Part shown: piece after piece, positions 63,851-64,000 of the stretch | How the letters are laid out: each line of letters starts with the position of its first letter | Position numbering within the stretch: position 1 is the stretch's first letter | NCBI RefSeq assembly: GCF_003918875.1 | Contig: NW_025766525.1 | Coordinates: 566,865 to 630,864 of the forward strand | Length of the DNA stretch: 64,000 bases | DNA from: Haliotis rubra | Taxonomy: Eukaryota | Direction: 5' to 3' | Position numbers and translations under genes: made by a program | The notes under the pieces: generated by a model | The model's database searches: none | Told to the model about the DNA's origin: nothing | What the model saw: only the letters and a program-made list of their open reading frames with translations

Positions 63851-64000
63851 TGGAGGATCCTAATGGCTTGGTCCAGCACAGACTTTGTGTCAGTGTAGTA
63901 GTCGGTTGACGGCAGCTGCATCTGGGAGAAGTGAGCCTGCAGCAGGATGTGGGTCTTGGTGTGGGCCGAGTCGTATGAGTGAGGGTTCACTGCCAGGGGA
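63851..64000 (-). CDS. ASCC3: Helicase exon, partial and continuing beyond the window (..NPHSYDSAHTKTHILLQAHFSQMQLPSTDYYTDTKSVLDQAIRILQ). The donor is ccag|gtgggt.
   Basis: The frame is open to the window edge. The .PH.K..LLLQAH.SR..LP..DY.TDTK.VLDQA.R motif belongs to the Sec63 domain and is closest to ASCC3. Confidence 0.75.

Overview
This is eukaryotic (metazoan, probably invertebrate) nuclear DNA. It is not prokaryotic: genes are split into exons with GT/AG boundaries, introns are long, and animal-type transposons are present. There are no CRISPR arrays, rRNA or tRNA genes. More than half of the window is tandem minisatellite DNA, in at least 16 unrelated families with units of 20-64 bp, most of it inside introns.

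Supportable genes:
- **Plus-strand gene A (1-9519).** A modular low-complexity gene: a Pro-rich/RS-like exon, a long exon with FG-like and poly-Q repeats, then two small exons encoding a conserved C-terminal module (...ILEALCPELFPL...).
- **Paralogues B and C.** B is a shorter, truncated paralogue at about 34.5-38.0 kb. C is a third copy of the terminal exon at about 46.0 kb.
- **Minus-strand helicase gene.** Six 3' exons (55.3-64.0 kb) of an ASCC3/Brr2-family Sec63-domain DExH helicase, most likely ASCC3-like.

Mobile elements:
- A degraded DIRS/Ngaro-like tyrosine-recombinase retroelement (39.1-41.6 kb, minus strand), carrying two nested tRNA-derived SINE insertions.
- A Tc1/mariner transposon with about 200-bp terminal inverted repeats (TIRs; 41.68-43.56 kb).
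- A second Tc1 remnant (33.04-33.52 kb).
- A third tRNA-SINE-like copy (33.6-34.0 kb).
- A CR1/Jockey-like LINE (47.5-52.05 kb) with tandem 5' monomers and a 2A-like NPGP motif.
- A foldback (MITE-like) element that truncates paralogue B.

Most notable: a 21-bp satellite (23.2-25.3 and 26.9-28.1 kb) whose + frame encodes long runs of RNA polymerase II CTD-like heptads ([14 protein letters not shown]). It sits in a higher-order repeat with a second, unrelated 21-bp satellite.
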